From: an uncultured Clostridia bacterium | GTDB lineage: Bacteria; Bacillota; Clostridia; Oscillospirales; CAG-272 | Length of the DNA: 56,042 nt | NCBI GenBank assembly: GCA_947625265.1 | Contig: CANQNM010000001.1 | Location: forward strand, 1 to 56,042 | Reading direction: 5' to 3' | Shown here: one piece after another, positions 37,242-46,861 of the stretch | Layout: every line of letters begins with the position of its first letter | How positions within the stretch are numbered: the stretch's first letter is position 1 | Made by a program: the position numbers and the translations under genes | Notes under the pieces: model-generated | Told to the model about the DNA's origin: nothing | The model's input: the letters and a program-made list of their open reading frames with translations, nothing else | Database searches by the model: none

Positions 37242-37290
37242 TCAGGTTTTGCAGAGCGGCATGTCCGGTGCAGGAGAGGGGAGTAAGACA

Positions 37291-37758
37291 ATGTACAGTC
37301 GAAGATTTGCAAATGGCACGCCCGATCTGCCTCCCGATTATGGCGGCGTGGCATACAGAAAAGGGCAGACGGACGACGAAAACGGTACGGAAACAGATAT
37401 AGCGAAATTTGAAGAAGAAAGTAAAGAAAGAACTCAAAGCAGGCCTTTTTCAGCAAGAGGTCCACGAAGGGAGAACAGAAGCAAACCGCAGACCGAAAGA
37501 CGGTACCCGCGGCGTCCGCTGTACGACGAACCCTCTGTGATTCCCCGGCAGAAAAATGAAGGAAAAGAAGCGCGGGAGGAACGCGAAAAAAGCGGCGGAT
37601 TGCTTTCCTCGCTTTTTTCCCTTTCAGGAAGAAGTTTTTCTATGGAGGACATTGTCTTGGCCGGTTTGATTCTCCTGATGATGACCGACAGGAAGGATGG
37701 ACGGGAGCCGGACAGCGAACTTCTTCTGATTCTCGGAATGCTGCTGCTTACGAAATAG
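37291..37758 (+). CDS. Hypothetical protein with C-terminal hydrophobic segment
   Basis: The start at MYSRRFANGTPDLPPDYGG follows an AGGGGAG RBS. Confidence 0.5.
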   Translation: MYSRRFANGTPDLPPDYGGVAYRKGQTDDENGTETDIAKFEEESKERTQSRPFSARGPRRENRSKPQTERRYPRRPLYDEPSVIPRQKNEGKEAREEREKSGGLLSSLFSLSGRSFSMEDIVLAGLILLMMTDRKDGREPDSELLLILGMLLLTK

Positions 37759-37909
37759 TTCAAAAACGCTCCGCTTCTGGCATTTTTCAGAGTATGAGAA
37801 AAAACTTTGGAAAACGCTGAAAGATACTTGAAAAAAATCGGAGGATGGTGTATAATCCCTTCGAAACGCTGAAGTTGCAAAAGTTGCAATGGAAAACAGA
37901 GGGACTGGA

Positions 37910-38962
37910 ATGAAAAAATTGGTGGTGATCGGATACGGCGGCATGGGCGGATGGCATGTCCGGGCGGCGCAAAAAAGCGACGTTTTGACTTTGGGCGGCG
38001 TATACGATATCAAGGAAGAGCGCAACAGGGCCGCAAACGAAGCGGGTGTTTATGCGTATGACTGTTTTGAATCGGTGCTTCGGGATAAAACGGTGGATCT
38101 TGTGACGGTGGCGGTCCCCAACGATGCGCACGAGGAATTGGCGATACGGTCGATGCGCGCGGGAAAACACGTGATCTGCGAAAAACCTGTGACGCTTACG
38201 TCTGAATCTTTGCGCAGAATGATTGCAGTTTCTAAAGAAACGGGAAAACTTTTAACGGTACATCAGAATAGAAGATGGGATGTGGATTATCTTGCGATGC
38301 AGAAAATCGCAGATTCGGGACAAATCGGAAAAGTTTTGAACATCGAATCAAGGATTCACGGCAGCAGAGGCATTCCCAGTGACTGGAGAGGACTCAGGGA
38401 ATATGGCGGTGGAATGCTGTATGACTGGGGAATCCACCTGATCGATCAGGTGCTGCTTGTGATGCGTGGGAAAAAAGTCGTGAAACTCTTCTGCGATTTT
38501 GACCATATTACCAACAAGGAAGTGGACGACGGGTTCAAACTGACGATGTGGTTTGACGACGGCGCAAGTGCTTATGTGGAGGTGGGAACCTACAACTTCA
38601 TTGCAATGCCGCGGTTCTACATGAGGTGCGAACATGGGAGTGCCCTGATTCCCGACTGGACGAAAAAAACACAGATCGTCCGCTGTAAAGCATGGCATGA
38701 AAGCGACGTTTTGCCGGTACAAACCGCCGCGGGTCTGACCAAAACCATGGCGCCCAGAGATGAGATCACTACCGATACATATGAACTCGATCGACCGGCT
38801 TCCGATGTGCATGATTTTTACAGAAATTTCTGTGCCGCTATCGACGGAAAAGAGGAACAGTGCGTGACCCACGAACAAATGCTGCGCAATCTTTTGCTCA
38901 TAGAGGAGGCCTTCCGCAGCGTGCAGTTCGGACAGGTCGTCGCACCGGAAGTTCCGCTTTAA
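37910..38962 (+). CDS. Gfo/Idh/MocA-family oxidoreductase
   Basis: The Rossmann N-terminus is KKLVVIGYGGMGGWH, and the EKP motif (ICEKPV) is present. Confidence 0.8.
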   Translation: MKKLVVIGYGGMGGWHVRAAQKSDVLTLGGVYDIKEERNRAANEAGVYAYDCFESVLRDKTVDLVTVAVPNDAHEELAIRSMRAGKHVICEKPVTLTSESLRRMIAVSKETGKLLTVHQNRRWDVDYLAMQKIADSGQIGKVLNIESRIHGSRGIPSDWRGLREYGGGMLYDWGIHLIDQVLLVMRGKKVVKLFCDFDHITNKEVDDGFKLTMWFDDGASAYVEVGTYNFIAMPRFYMRCEHGSALIPDWTKKTQIVRCKAWHESDVLPVQTAAGLTKTMAPRDEITTDTYELDRPASDVHDFYRNFCAAIDGKEEQCVTHEQMLRNLLLIEEAFRSVQFGQVVAPEVPL

Positions 38963-38969
38963 AAACTCA

Positions 38970-39012
38970 GGCTGCGTTCCCAAAATGCGGGACGCAGCCG
39001 TTTTGTATTTTT
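38970..39012 (+). terminator. Intrinsic terminator
   Basis: A ggctgcgttccc / gggacgcagcc stem is followed by GTTTTGTATTTTT. Confidence 0.65.
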
Positions 39013-39182
39013 GTTCCCTTTTTCTTTTACCTTTAATTCCGAAAGATGACCGACCGGAACGGAAAAAGAAAAGGAAGAGAATTTCCTGAATTGCGCTGTG
39101 TTCCGCGATTGGAGGAAAGAAATATCCAGGGTGTGAAATTTGCGGGGAACCCCATAAATTTCAGAGAAAGAGGAGTTTGAAA

Positions 39183-39872
39183 ATGAAATATGAGGATATA
39201 CGGGAAGGAAAATTTATTGCGCGTCCCAATCGTTTCGTTGCAAGGGTGCTGGTGGACGGAAAGGAGGAACTTTGCCATGTCAAGAACACCGGACGGTGTT
39301 TGGAACTGCTTGTTCCCGGTGCGAAAGTATATTTGGAACGGCCGCACGGTTCCTCCCAAAAACACGGTTCTGCAAGGAAAACTCTTTATGACGTAGTGGC
39401 GGTATACAAAAAGGACGTCCTTTTCAATATAGACAGTTTTGCGCCGAATATTGCAGCGGGAGAATATCTGCGCGGTTGTTTTCCCGGATCTTCCCTTCGT
39501 GCCGAAAAGACTTTTGGAAATTCCAGATTTGATTTTTATATTGAAACACCTGAAAATAAGATCTATGCCGAGGTAAAAGGAGTCACCTTAGAGTACCAGG
39601 GAGTCGCTTTTTTTCCGGACGCACCTACAAAACGGGGCGTGAAACACCTGTCCGAACTTATCCGTGCACGGGAAGAAGGATATGGCGCCATACTTCTTTT
39701 CATTGTTCAAATGAAAGGAACCAGGGGATTTCTTCCGAACGATAAAACAGACCCCGACTTTGGAAGAATGCTGCGGGAGGCGCGGAAAAAGGGAGTGGAA
39801 ATCCGAGCGTTAGAATGTGAGGTTCAAAAAGACGGAATGACCGTTTTGGACGAACTTCCACTTCTTTTCTGA
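39183..39872 (+). CDS. sfsA: Sugar fermentation stimulation protein SfsA
   Basis: The N-terminus GKFIARPNRFVARVLVDGKEELCHVKNTGRCLELL is characteristic of SfsA. Confidence 0.85.
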   Translation: MKYEDIREGKFIARPNRFVARVLVDGKEELCHVKNTGRCLELLVPGAKVYLERPHGSSQKHGSARKTLYDVVAVYKKDVLFNIDSFAPNIAAGEYLRGCFPGSSLRAEKTFGNSRFDFYIETPENKIYAEVKGVTLEYQGVAFFPDAPTKRGVKHLSELIRAREEGYGAILLFIVQMKGTRGFLPNDKTDPDFGRMLREARKKGVEIRALECEVQKDGMTVLDELPLLF

Positions 39873-39921
39873 ATGCGGAGGGAAACCCTTTGTTTCTCTG
39901 AACTGTTCACCTGTCGCCAGT

Positions 39922-42216
39922 CTATCCAACGGAGCATACCTCCACTACCGCTACGCTTCGATCATCCGGCTTTTGTTCATCCTTTTCGGCAATTGCCAAA
40001 ATATCTTCAGCCATCTCCTGAACGTTTTCTCTCAATTTCCCTGAAAGAAGGGAAGAAAGCCATGAGGAGCCTTCCATATCTGTGCAGACGCCGTCGCTCA
40101 TGAGCAGGATTTTGTCACCGGGTTTGAGGTGCAGTGTGATCAATTCACAGTTTACCTCCCTTGCCGCTCCTACGGGCATGCTGGCGGAAGAGAGTTTAAA
40201 GGTGTTTCCACCCCGCAGCACCAACGAAGGGCACGCACCGCATTTGACGAAATCGCATTTTCCGTCATAGAGGTCCAATCTCATCAGATCCACTGTTGTG
40301 CAGCATTCGCAGCTTTGACACAGCAAAAAATCGTTGACGGTTTTGAGCACGGTAGGCAGTGCTCCGCCGCAAAGGGAGAGTTGTTCTACAAAGTGGCAGG
40401 CGATTCTTGATACCAGCGCCGCATCTCTGCCGCTTCCCATACCGTCACAAAGCAAGGCGTAGAAGCAGTGATCCTGTATGAAGGTGTATACGGTGTCTCC
40501 GCAATACTCTTCTCCCTCCTTTCGTTTCGCGGCCGCTCCGAACTTTGCCGAGATTTTTTCTCTCCTTTTAAAGATCAGTTCGTTTCTTTGGGGAGTGCAT
40601 TCAAGTTCAGGGTAAGAAAGCGCAAGTCCGCATTTTTGCTCAAACTGTTTTTGCAATTCCGGCGCGCTTTTTCCCAGGTCCGAGACAGAGACGCCGCTTG
40701 CCCGCAGAACGATGGAGCGTTCGCCTTTGACGAAACAGGATTCGAATCCAATGGACAAACTGTGAAGCGCGCGTTCAAAATCCTTTTGTACCTTCTCGTT
40801 TTGCGCCTGTTCCTGTTTATGAAGAGTTTCCCGATCATGCAAAAGTTCCGATATGCTTTTATAACAGCGCGCGTAGCAGTCCGAACGGTCTGCTTCATAG
40901 AGATGACGCAGGTATGCTGCGTAGTCGTTGTTGACGTTGTCGCAGATCGTTTCCCACTTGGTGCAAGCGGAGGAGAGACGGGAGGGGGGAGATTCTACGC
41001 TGAGTTTGCCGACTTCAAAGAGGGTGTCGGCCAATCTTTTTTTTCGATCTTCTTCTTTGAAACAGCCGCCCTTGCAATTTCCACAGACTCTGTTTAGTCC
41101 TGTTTCACATATACGCCCCGCGTCCTCTCTTGCCGGTAGACGCAATTTGCCGGAGAGTGCGAAAAGTCGCTCGGAAAGCACATCCAATGAGTTTTCCATA
41201 GGATTTTTCGAAAGATTCTCATCACTCTTCTTTTCGTTATCCGCCGTTTTTTCGGCCGATTCGCGTTTATTTTTCAAAAAGAACGTAGAGATCGGAATAT
41301 AAACCAACAGCCCACAGACAAGATCGGGAAGGACATATAGAAATGAGGAACTTCCTCTAGCGTAAAAGGACCAGGCAAATCCCGCAAGAACCCCCAGCCA
41401 GGGCGCCGTACGTTTGCTGTATTTGTAAAGCGCCCCGGAAACCAGACTGAGAAGCGCCAATATCGGTACATACTCCCGCCCACAGGCGATCCCGAGAATC
41501 ACCCCCAGCGCGACGCTGTAGAGCAGATCCCCCTTTTCGCACATAAAAAAACAAAGAAGTGCGGAAAGTGCCACGGCTGGAGAGAAGGCGAGAAAGGAAA
41601 ATCCCTTTACGCTGTATATGAGTGAGAATAGAATCGCGGCGTACGCTCCCTTTTTATAGAGGGGATGTGCGCTGACACCCATGAAGGCGCCGGCGTAGAG
41701 AAAGGTAAAGGCGCCTGCTGAAAGCATGTAGAAGAGCATGGCCATAAGAGCATGAACGGTAAAACCTTCTGACACGCAGCCGTACAGCCCCAGCGAAAAA
41801 GAGAGAACGGTTGCTATTGCTACCCGGATTCCAATGGGAGCGTTTGTGCCGGAGAGCCTGTTTTGCTCTCTATAAAACGCCGACAGTCGGAGCCGCAATG
41901 CCAGCGCCACACTGTATATCGCGGCAAAAAGAATGCCCGCGTTGCCTCTTGTAAAGGACGCGACCAAGCCTCCCGCCCATATATACCACAAATCTTTGGT
42001 GGAAGCGCAAAGAAACGCCACACCCATTGGAAATGTGCCGAAAAGCATTTCACCTGAGGAAAAAAGAAACCCGCCCAGCGCGAAGACCGTGCCTTCCAAA
42101 ATAGACCTTCCCCACGCTTTGCGCAGTTCGCCATCCTTTGTGATTTTTTTAAAGGACGACATATATTTTTCAAACGGCGGAAAATGCCACGGCTTTTTCT
42201 CATCTTTTCTGTTCAC
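39922..42216 (-). CDS. spoIIE: Stage II sporulation protein E (PP2C phosphatase)
   Basis: A GTG start follows AAGGAGGA. The N-terminal half is polytopic, and the C-terminal PP2C domain contains LLCDGMGSG and LLMSDGV. Confidence 0.85.
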   Translation of the reverse strand: MNRKDEKKPWHFPPFEKYMSSFKKITKDGELRKAWGRSILEGTVFALGGFLFSSGEMLFGTFPMGVAFLCASTKDLWYIWAGGLVASFTRGNAGILFAAIYSVALALRLRLSAFYREQNRLSGTNAPIGIRVAIATVLSFSLGLYGCVSEGFTVHALMAMLFYMLSAGAFTFLYAGAFMGVSAHPLYKKGAYAAILFSLIYSVKGFSFLAFSPAVALSALLCFFMCEKGDLLYSVALGVILGIACGREYVPILALLSLVSGALYKYSKRTAPWLGVLAGFAWSFYARGSSSFLYVLPDLVCGLLVYIPISTFFLKNKRESAEKTADNEKKSDENLSKNPMENSLDVLSERLFALSGKLRLPAREDAGRICETGLNRVCGNCKGGCFKEEDRKKRLADTLFEVGKLSVESPPSRLSSACTKWETICDNVNNDYAAYLRHLYEADRSDCYARCYKSISELLHDRETLHKQEQAQNEKVQKDFERALHSLSIGFESCFVKGERSIVLRASGVSVSDLGKSAPELQKQFEQKCGLALSYPELECTPQRNELIFKRREKISAKFGAAAKRKEGEEYCGDTVYTFIQDHCFYALLCDGMGSGRDAALVSRIACHFVEQLSLCGGALPTVLKTVNDFLLCQSCECCTTVDLMRLDLYDGKCDFVKCGACPSLVLRGGNTFKLSSASMPVGAAREVNCELITLHLKPGDKILLMSDGVCTDMEGSSWLSSLLSGKLRENVQEMAEDILAIAEKDEQKPDDRSVAVVEVCSVG

Positions 42217-42584
42217 GGGCTTGTCCTCCTTTTTTGGTAAGTTTACTCCGGTTTTCTCGCATAGACTGTCGAAATCGGGCGCGGTTTTCTGAAAAGATGG
42301 AATTTGCGGAACTTTTTTCGGTTTTGAACATTCATCGGCTTTATCGTGGAACGTGACCCTCTATTGTGCGACGAAAAACTTTCTTATAGGGGCGGAAGGG
42401 GACTTTGCAAGGCAGGAAGGTGTCTTGCTGTGCGGTTTCACTGTGTTCGTGAATGTATGGGAATGTGCGTATGGATGTGTTGAAATTTTGCCTTCATTTT
42501 TCCAAACAAAAAGGGTTTGGAAATTTTTTGAACATTCACACGTGTAAAACAGATTGTGAAATGTAAAGACGGCGCGAAATTTCC

Positions 42585-42625
42585 AAAAAACAACGGCGTC
42601 AAAACTTCAAAGTTTTGCGTCGTTG
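42585..42625 (-). terminator. Intrinsic terminator about 480 nt downstream of recG
   Basis: A stem of about 16 bp (caacggcgtcaaaactt / aagttttgcgtcgttg) is followed by TTTTTT on the minus strand. Confidence 0.6.
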
Positions 42626-42942
42626 TTTCAGAATATAAGGATGGCCGGTTCTTTGACAGTTTTTCACGGCATAACGGCATATACCTGCCCTGGTACATTC
42701 CTGCCGTGGGAAACGCGCGACATGCCTGTCTGCTGTTCGACGGCGCGGCCGGTTCGAGGAATTTGTACGGCGTTGGCAATGTCGGACAATCTATCCCATG
42801 TCGGTTTCCAAAATGGCGCGGGCCGCTTTGAAGGACTTTGAGGGACTTTGAAGGACGTTGCCGCGTGAATAGCCCGTCGCAGGCGCGTTGCCGCGGCATT
42901 CTGTGCGGACTTTCATATCGGGTATTTCATGCTAGGCACCTC

Positions 42943-43095
42943 ATGCCGGTCGTTCCATGCAAGGCGCCTCATGCCGGGCATTTCCATGCCGGGCATTCTA
43001 TGCCGGGCATTTTATGTCGGGCATTCTATGCCGGGCATTTTATGCCGGGCATTTTATGCCGGGCATTCTATGCCGGGCATTCTATGCCGGGCATT
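42943..43095 (+). repeat. Tandem array of a 14-nt unit ATGCCGGGCATTYT
   Basis: I counted about 9 well-formed units from 42971, preceded by 2 degenerate units. The array lies directly downstream of the recG stop. Confidence 0.9.
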
Positions 43096-43108
43096 GTGTG
43101 TTGAACTG

Positions 43109-45247
43109 TTAGTTTATGACATTGTCCGCAATGGAGAAGAGTTTGCACATTCTCATGTAGGTGGGAATATGTTCCTCACTGCTGAGTGTCGGATCTTTTT
43201 CAAGAACTGCTTTCGCAGCCATGGCGGTTTTTTCCGGTATTGAAGCATCCGTGCAGGAGGATGCCAATTTGAAAGAAAATTCGCCGCTTTGTCTGGTCGT
43301 TTTCCCGGACGTTGATGGGAAAAAATCCCCCGGACCGCGCAGTTTCAAATCCTCGTTCGCAATTTCGATGCCTTTCTGTGTTTTGCATACCGTTTGCAGG
43401 CGCTTAAACGCTGTGCTTTCTTTTTGACATTCCGAAACCAGCACGCAATAGGATTGAACTGTTCCTCTTCCTACCCTGCCGCGGAGTTGGTGCAGTTGGG
43501 ACAATCCGAAACGTTCGGCATTTTCTACAATCATCAGGGTCGCGTTGGGCACGTTTACCCCCACCTCGATGACGGTTGTGGACACAAGAACCTGAATTTC
43601 ATTTTTGGCAAAAGCGGTCATGACCTCTTCCTTCTCTTTGGGCTTCATTTTTCCGTGCACGAACCCCACTTTGAGCGAGGGCAGTTCTTTTTGCAGTTCT
43701 TTTGAAAACTGAACGGCGGCTTTCAAAGGCGGGGGCGGCGCGCAGGTTTGCGCGGGGCTGCATTCAAAAACAATCAGTTTACCGTTTTCGCTGTCCTCCT
43801 CGGCATCCACCGCCGGACAGACCACATAGACCTGATGTCCTTCGTCGGTCTGCTTTTTGATAAACCCATTGAGCCTCGTTCTGTAACTCTCGTCTACGGC
43901 ATAGGTAAGCACTTTCTGTCTGCCGGGAGGAAGTTCATCAATGTAAGAGATGTCAAGACCGTTGTACAGAATAAGGGCAAGTGTTCTCGGAATGGGTGTG
44001 GCGGTCATCACCAGCATGTGTACCTGCTTCCCCTTACCGCCAAGGGAGGAACGTTGGTTCACACCGAAACGGTGCTGCTCGTCGGCAATGACCAGCGCCA
44101 GATTATCAAAGACGGTGTCCTCCGTCAAAATGGCGTGAGTACCGATTACCAGATGAACTTCTCCTGACAGGATCTGCGCGCGCACCTTCTTTTTGGCGGC
44201 AGGGGAGAGCGCGCCGATGAGCAGTGCCGTTTTGAATCCCAGTTTTTCAAACAGAGGGGCAAGATCTGAGAAGTGCTGGGAAGCGAGGATTTCGGTGGGA
44301 ACCATCAGCGCAGCCTGTTTGCCGTTTTTCAGCGCGATGTAAATGGCGCCTGCCGCACAGGCAGTTTTTCCCGAGCCCACATCTCCGCAGATCAGTCGGT
44401 TCATGGGAACTTGAGATGTCATATCCTTTCCAATTTCCTCAAGAGTTCTTTGCTGCGCGCCGGTGAGTGTGAAGGACAGCGCAGAGAGAAAGGGAACCAT
44501 GTCCACAGAATGCAGGCGTTCCTCTGTTCGGAGCGCGCGTTTTTCTGCACTTTTTTGCATACCCAGCGAGAAAAGAAAAAGTTCCTCAAAAATGAAACGT
44601 CTGCGCGCCCGATCCAATTCTTCATAGTTCTTTGGAAAGTGCACGGCACGAAAGGCCTCGTTTATGGGCAGAAGGCCGTAGGTTTCACGAATTTCTTCGG
44701 GAATTGGGTCGGGAATCGCGCCGGCAAGATCAAGAGCGGAGGCGACCGCGGCGGAAATGACTTTGCCGTTGAGTCCCTCGGTCAGCGGATAAACCGCCTT
44801 GAAATCAGGAAGGGGACGATTGACGCCGTATGCCTCATATTCTGGGCAGGACATTGAAAAATTTTTCCCTGTTTTTTCCACTCTGCCCCAAAATCTAAAA
44901 ACGGTGCCAAGATAAAAAATATCCCGAACATAGGGCTGATTGAAAAAGGTGATCACACACTTCCCGCTTTCATCGAAGGCCGTGAAACGCGTCATCACAC
45001 GTCCTCCCTTCAATCTTACGGAGGAGGGCTGCGACCCGACGGTGAGAACTGTGGCGCAGTGGTAAGGGAGAAGCGACGCTTCTCCCAGGCGGGAGATCTC
45101 CCCTCTGTTCTGATAGCCTCTTGGAAAGTGATACAGAAGATCGGAAATGCATTCAATGCCCAGTTTTGCAAAGCGCGCTGCCTTTACTCTGCCAACACCC
45201 GGAAGAACGGTGACCGGCTGAGTTACAAAATTCGAATTTTCCGACAT
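43109..45247 (-). CDS. recG: ATP-dependent DNA helicase RecG
   Basis: The start at MSENSNF follows a GGAGGT RBS. Walker A is GDVGSGKT, the DEQH box is DEQHRFG, and QLRGRVGRG is present. Confidence 0.92.
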   Translation of the reverse strand: MSENSNFVTQPVTVLPGVGRVKAARFAKLGIECISDLLYHFPRGYQNRGEISRLGEASLLPYHCATVLTVGSQPSSVRLKGGRVMTRFTAFDESGKCVITFFNQPYVRDIFYLGTVFRFWGRVEKTGKNFSMSCPEYEAYGVNRPLPDFKAVYPLTEGLNGKVISAAVASALDLAGAIPDPIPEEIRETYGLLPINEAFRAVHFPKNYEELDRARRRFIFEELFLFSLGMQKSAEKRALRTEERLHSVDMVPFLSALSFTLTGAQQRTLEEIGKDMTSQVPMNRLICGDVGSGKTACAAGAIYIALKNGKQAALMVPTEILASQHFSDLAPLFEKLGFKTALLIGALSPAAKKKVRAQILSGEVHLVIGTHAILTEDTVFDNLALVIADEQHRFGVNQRSSLGGKGKQVHMLVMTATPIPRTLALILYNGLDISYIDELPPGRQKVLTYAVDESYRTRLNGFIKKQTDEGHQVYVVCPAVDAEEDSENGKLIVFECSPAQTCAPPPPLKAAVQFSKELQKELPSLKVGFVHGKMKPKEKEEVMTAFAKNEIQVLVSTTVIEVGVNVPNATLMIVENAERFGLSQLHQLRGRVGRGTVQSYCVLVSECQKESTAFKRLQTVCKTQKGIEIANEDLKLRGPGDFFPSTSGKTTRQSGEFSFKLASSCTDASIPEKTAMAAKAVLEKDPTLSSEEHIPTYMRMCKLFSIADNVIN

Positions 45248-45390
45248 ATCTCTATGACCTCCCATGAAAATCTAGGCCAAGAATAGCACAAAAATCCTTG
45301 CTTTACAAGGGTTTTTCCCGTCAAAAGCGGTTCAAACCTGAAAATTTAAGAATTTGACTCCATCCCTAACCGGGATTTCCAAAAAAATCC

Positions 45391-45572
45391 GCCCGACAGA
45401 AACCGCCCGACAGAAACCGCCCGGCGGAAACTGCCCGGCGGAAACTGCCCAGCAAAAAATGCCCGGCAGAAACCGCCCGGCAAAAACTGCCCGGCAAAAA
45501 ATGCCCGGCAGAAACCGCCCGGCAAAAACTGCCTGACAAAAACTGCCCGGCAAAAAATGCCCGGCAAAAAAT
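45391..45572 (-). repeat. Tandem array of 13 units of 14 nt (GCCCGGCRRAAAMY on the + strand)
   Basis: I counted 13 units. The reverse complement of the unit (GCCGGGCATTTTTT) matches the unit of the 42943-43095 array. Confidence 0.9.
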
Positions 45573-45587
45573 TGCCGGGCATTTTTT
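45552..45587. terminator. Bidirectional intrinsic terminator (perfect 16-bp palindrome with A- and T-runs)
   Basis: The sequence is aaaaaatgcccggcaa-aaaa-ttgccgggcatttttt. It lies downstream of the 45659-46720 gene and forms the last unit of the 14-nt array. Confidence 0.75.
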
Positions 45588-45658
45588 GTCAAAGCGGCCG
45601 AAAGACCAACAGGGACTACACTTTCTGAAAATCGGTTGGGTACGAAAGTCTCCGCATC

Positions 45659-46720
45659 TCAAGAGAAGACGGATTCTTCCAGCGTTTCCTTTGCGCGGTC
45701 AACAGCGGAAAAATCCATTGCCGAACCGTAGATTTTCTCGATTTCGAAATGATGTTTTGAAATACCGATGAATTCCTTTTGCGCAAGATTCCAAAGATCG
45801 TTTTCGCGCTTTTCCAATTCACGCAGGTACTTCTTTTCATCACCTTTGGGCAGAGCCGCAAGGCGGCGCAGAGAAAGTGCTTTTTCGTTTGTAAGGGAAA
45901 GGGGTTCTCCCCTGCGGATGAGGATCCCTTTTTTTACAAGATAAAGACTGTCTGGATAGAGGGTCAGAGGATCCGGAGAAACCAGCGCCGCGATTCCAAA
46001 CTTCTCCGCGTTCTTTCTCAGTTCTTCAAGAAGAAGGAGATCCACTCCATAAAAACGGGGGAGAGTAAGAATTTTTTTTGCTTCCTGAATGTAAGGTTCT
46101 AAGCAAATAGAACCCTGCATACCGATGGAACAGAGGGGAACCGTCAGCACAGGCGACGGTTCGCAGCGAAGACCATCCGTGCAGAGAATTCTTTTCACGG
46201 TGCGTGCCATTGATTCTTTATTTATATACCGTGAAAGAAGGTTTATGTGGACCTCCAGAAGACTTTCCGCAGCGCGGAGCAGTGAAAACGCACGTCCGTA
46301 AGCGTCACTTTTCTCCTGGTTCAGTTTTTCGACGGTCCTTCGATGTTCCTGAAGTTTTTTTCCGTCCCAGAAAGCGCCAAGGTTCAGGATTTCGCTGTCT
46401 ACGCCCGGAATGTGAGGTTCCGCGACATGTGGGGCGGTACCGTCTACAATGGCGATCTGCCGTTTTCTTAAAATCACACCGTCAAGAGAATCGGGATCGG
46501 AGGAACACCAGATCCTCCAGACATCTTCGCCGCGTTCCTCTGCCTTTCTTGCGATATATGCCATAAGGCCGGATTTACCTGTTCCTGGCCCCCCTTTGAT
46601 GATATAAAGGAATTGAATTTTTTCAAGAAATGTGTCAAAATAGGAGACGAAACCTTTTCCTGAGTTGATACAGGCAAAACTGCCTCCAGCACGTGTTATA
46701 TGCGTATACGGATCTTTCAT
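45659..46720 (-). CDS. P-loop NTPase of unknown function (PRK06851-like, by recollection)
   Basis: The RBS is AAGGAG and Walker A is IIKGGPGTGKS. Confidence 0.5.
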   Translation of the reverse strand: MKDPYTHITRAGGSFACINSGKGFVSYFDTFLEKIQFLYIIKGGPGTGKSGLMAYIARKAEERGEDVWRIWCSSDPDSLDGVILRKRQIAIVDGTAPHVAEPHIPGVDSEILNLGAFWDGKKLQEHRRTVEKLNQEKSDAYGRAFSLLRAAESLLEVHINLLSRYINKESMARTVKRILCTDGLRCEPSPVLTVPLCSIGMQGSICLEPYIQEAKKILTLPRFYGVDLLLLEELRKNAEKFGIAALVSPDPLTLYPDSLYLVKKGILIRRGEPLSLTNEKALSLRRLAALPKGDEKKYLRELEKRENDLWNLAQKEFIGISKHHFEIEKIYGSAMDFSAVDRAKETLEESVFS

Positions 46721-46827
46721 TGTGCCCGCTCCTTTTTCTTTTTTTGTTCCATACAGTATATGTAAAAAATAAAAAAGGGGACAAAGAGAGAAAAAACGGA
46801 CGGGCTATCGGCTCTGATTGTTGACAA

Positions 46828-46861
46828 GGCTTATCCCCAATGGGGGTAGGCCCTGTTTTTT
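46828..46861 (+). terminator. Terminator-like hairpin with T6 tail, with no upstream + strand gene
   Basis: An 11-bp stem (ggcttatcccc / gggggtaggcc, two G-U pairs) is followed by ctgTTTTTT. Confidence 0.35.

Noticed and set aside
42838-43243. ORFs run through the downstream 14-nt array (for example HAGHSMPGILCRAFYAG...).
   Set aside because: The 14-nt period is not a multiple of 3, all frames are open simply because the unit lacks stop codons, and there are no translation signals.
45332-45662. Four overlapping ORFs on both strands cross the upstream 14-nt array. I also considered a CRISPR-like array.
   Set aside because: The ORFs fail for the same reason as in the other array. It is not CRISPR because the units are contiguous 14-mers with no spacers, and there are no cas genes.
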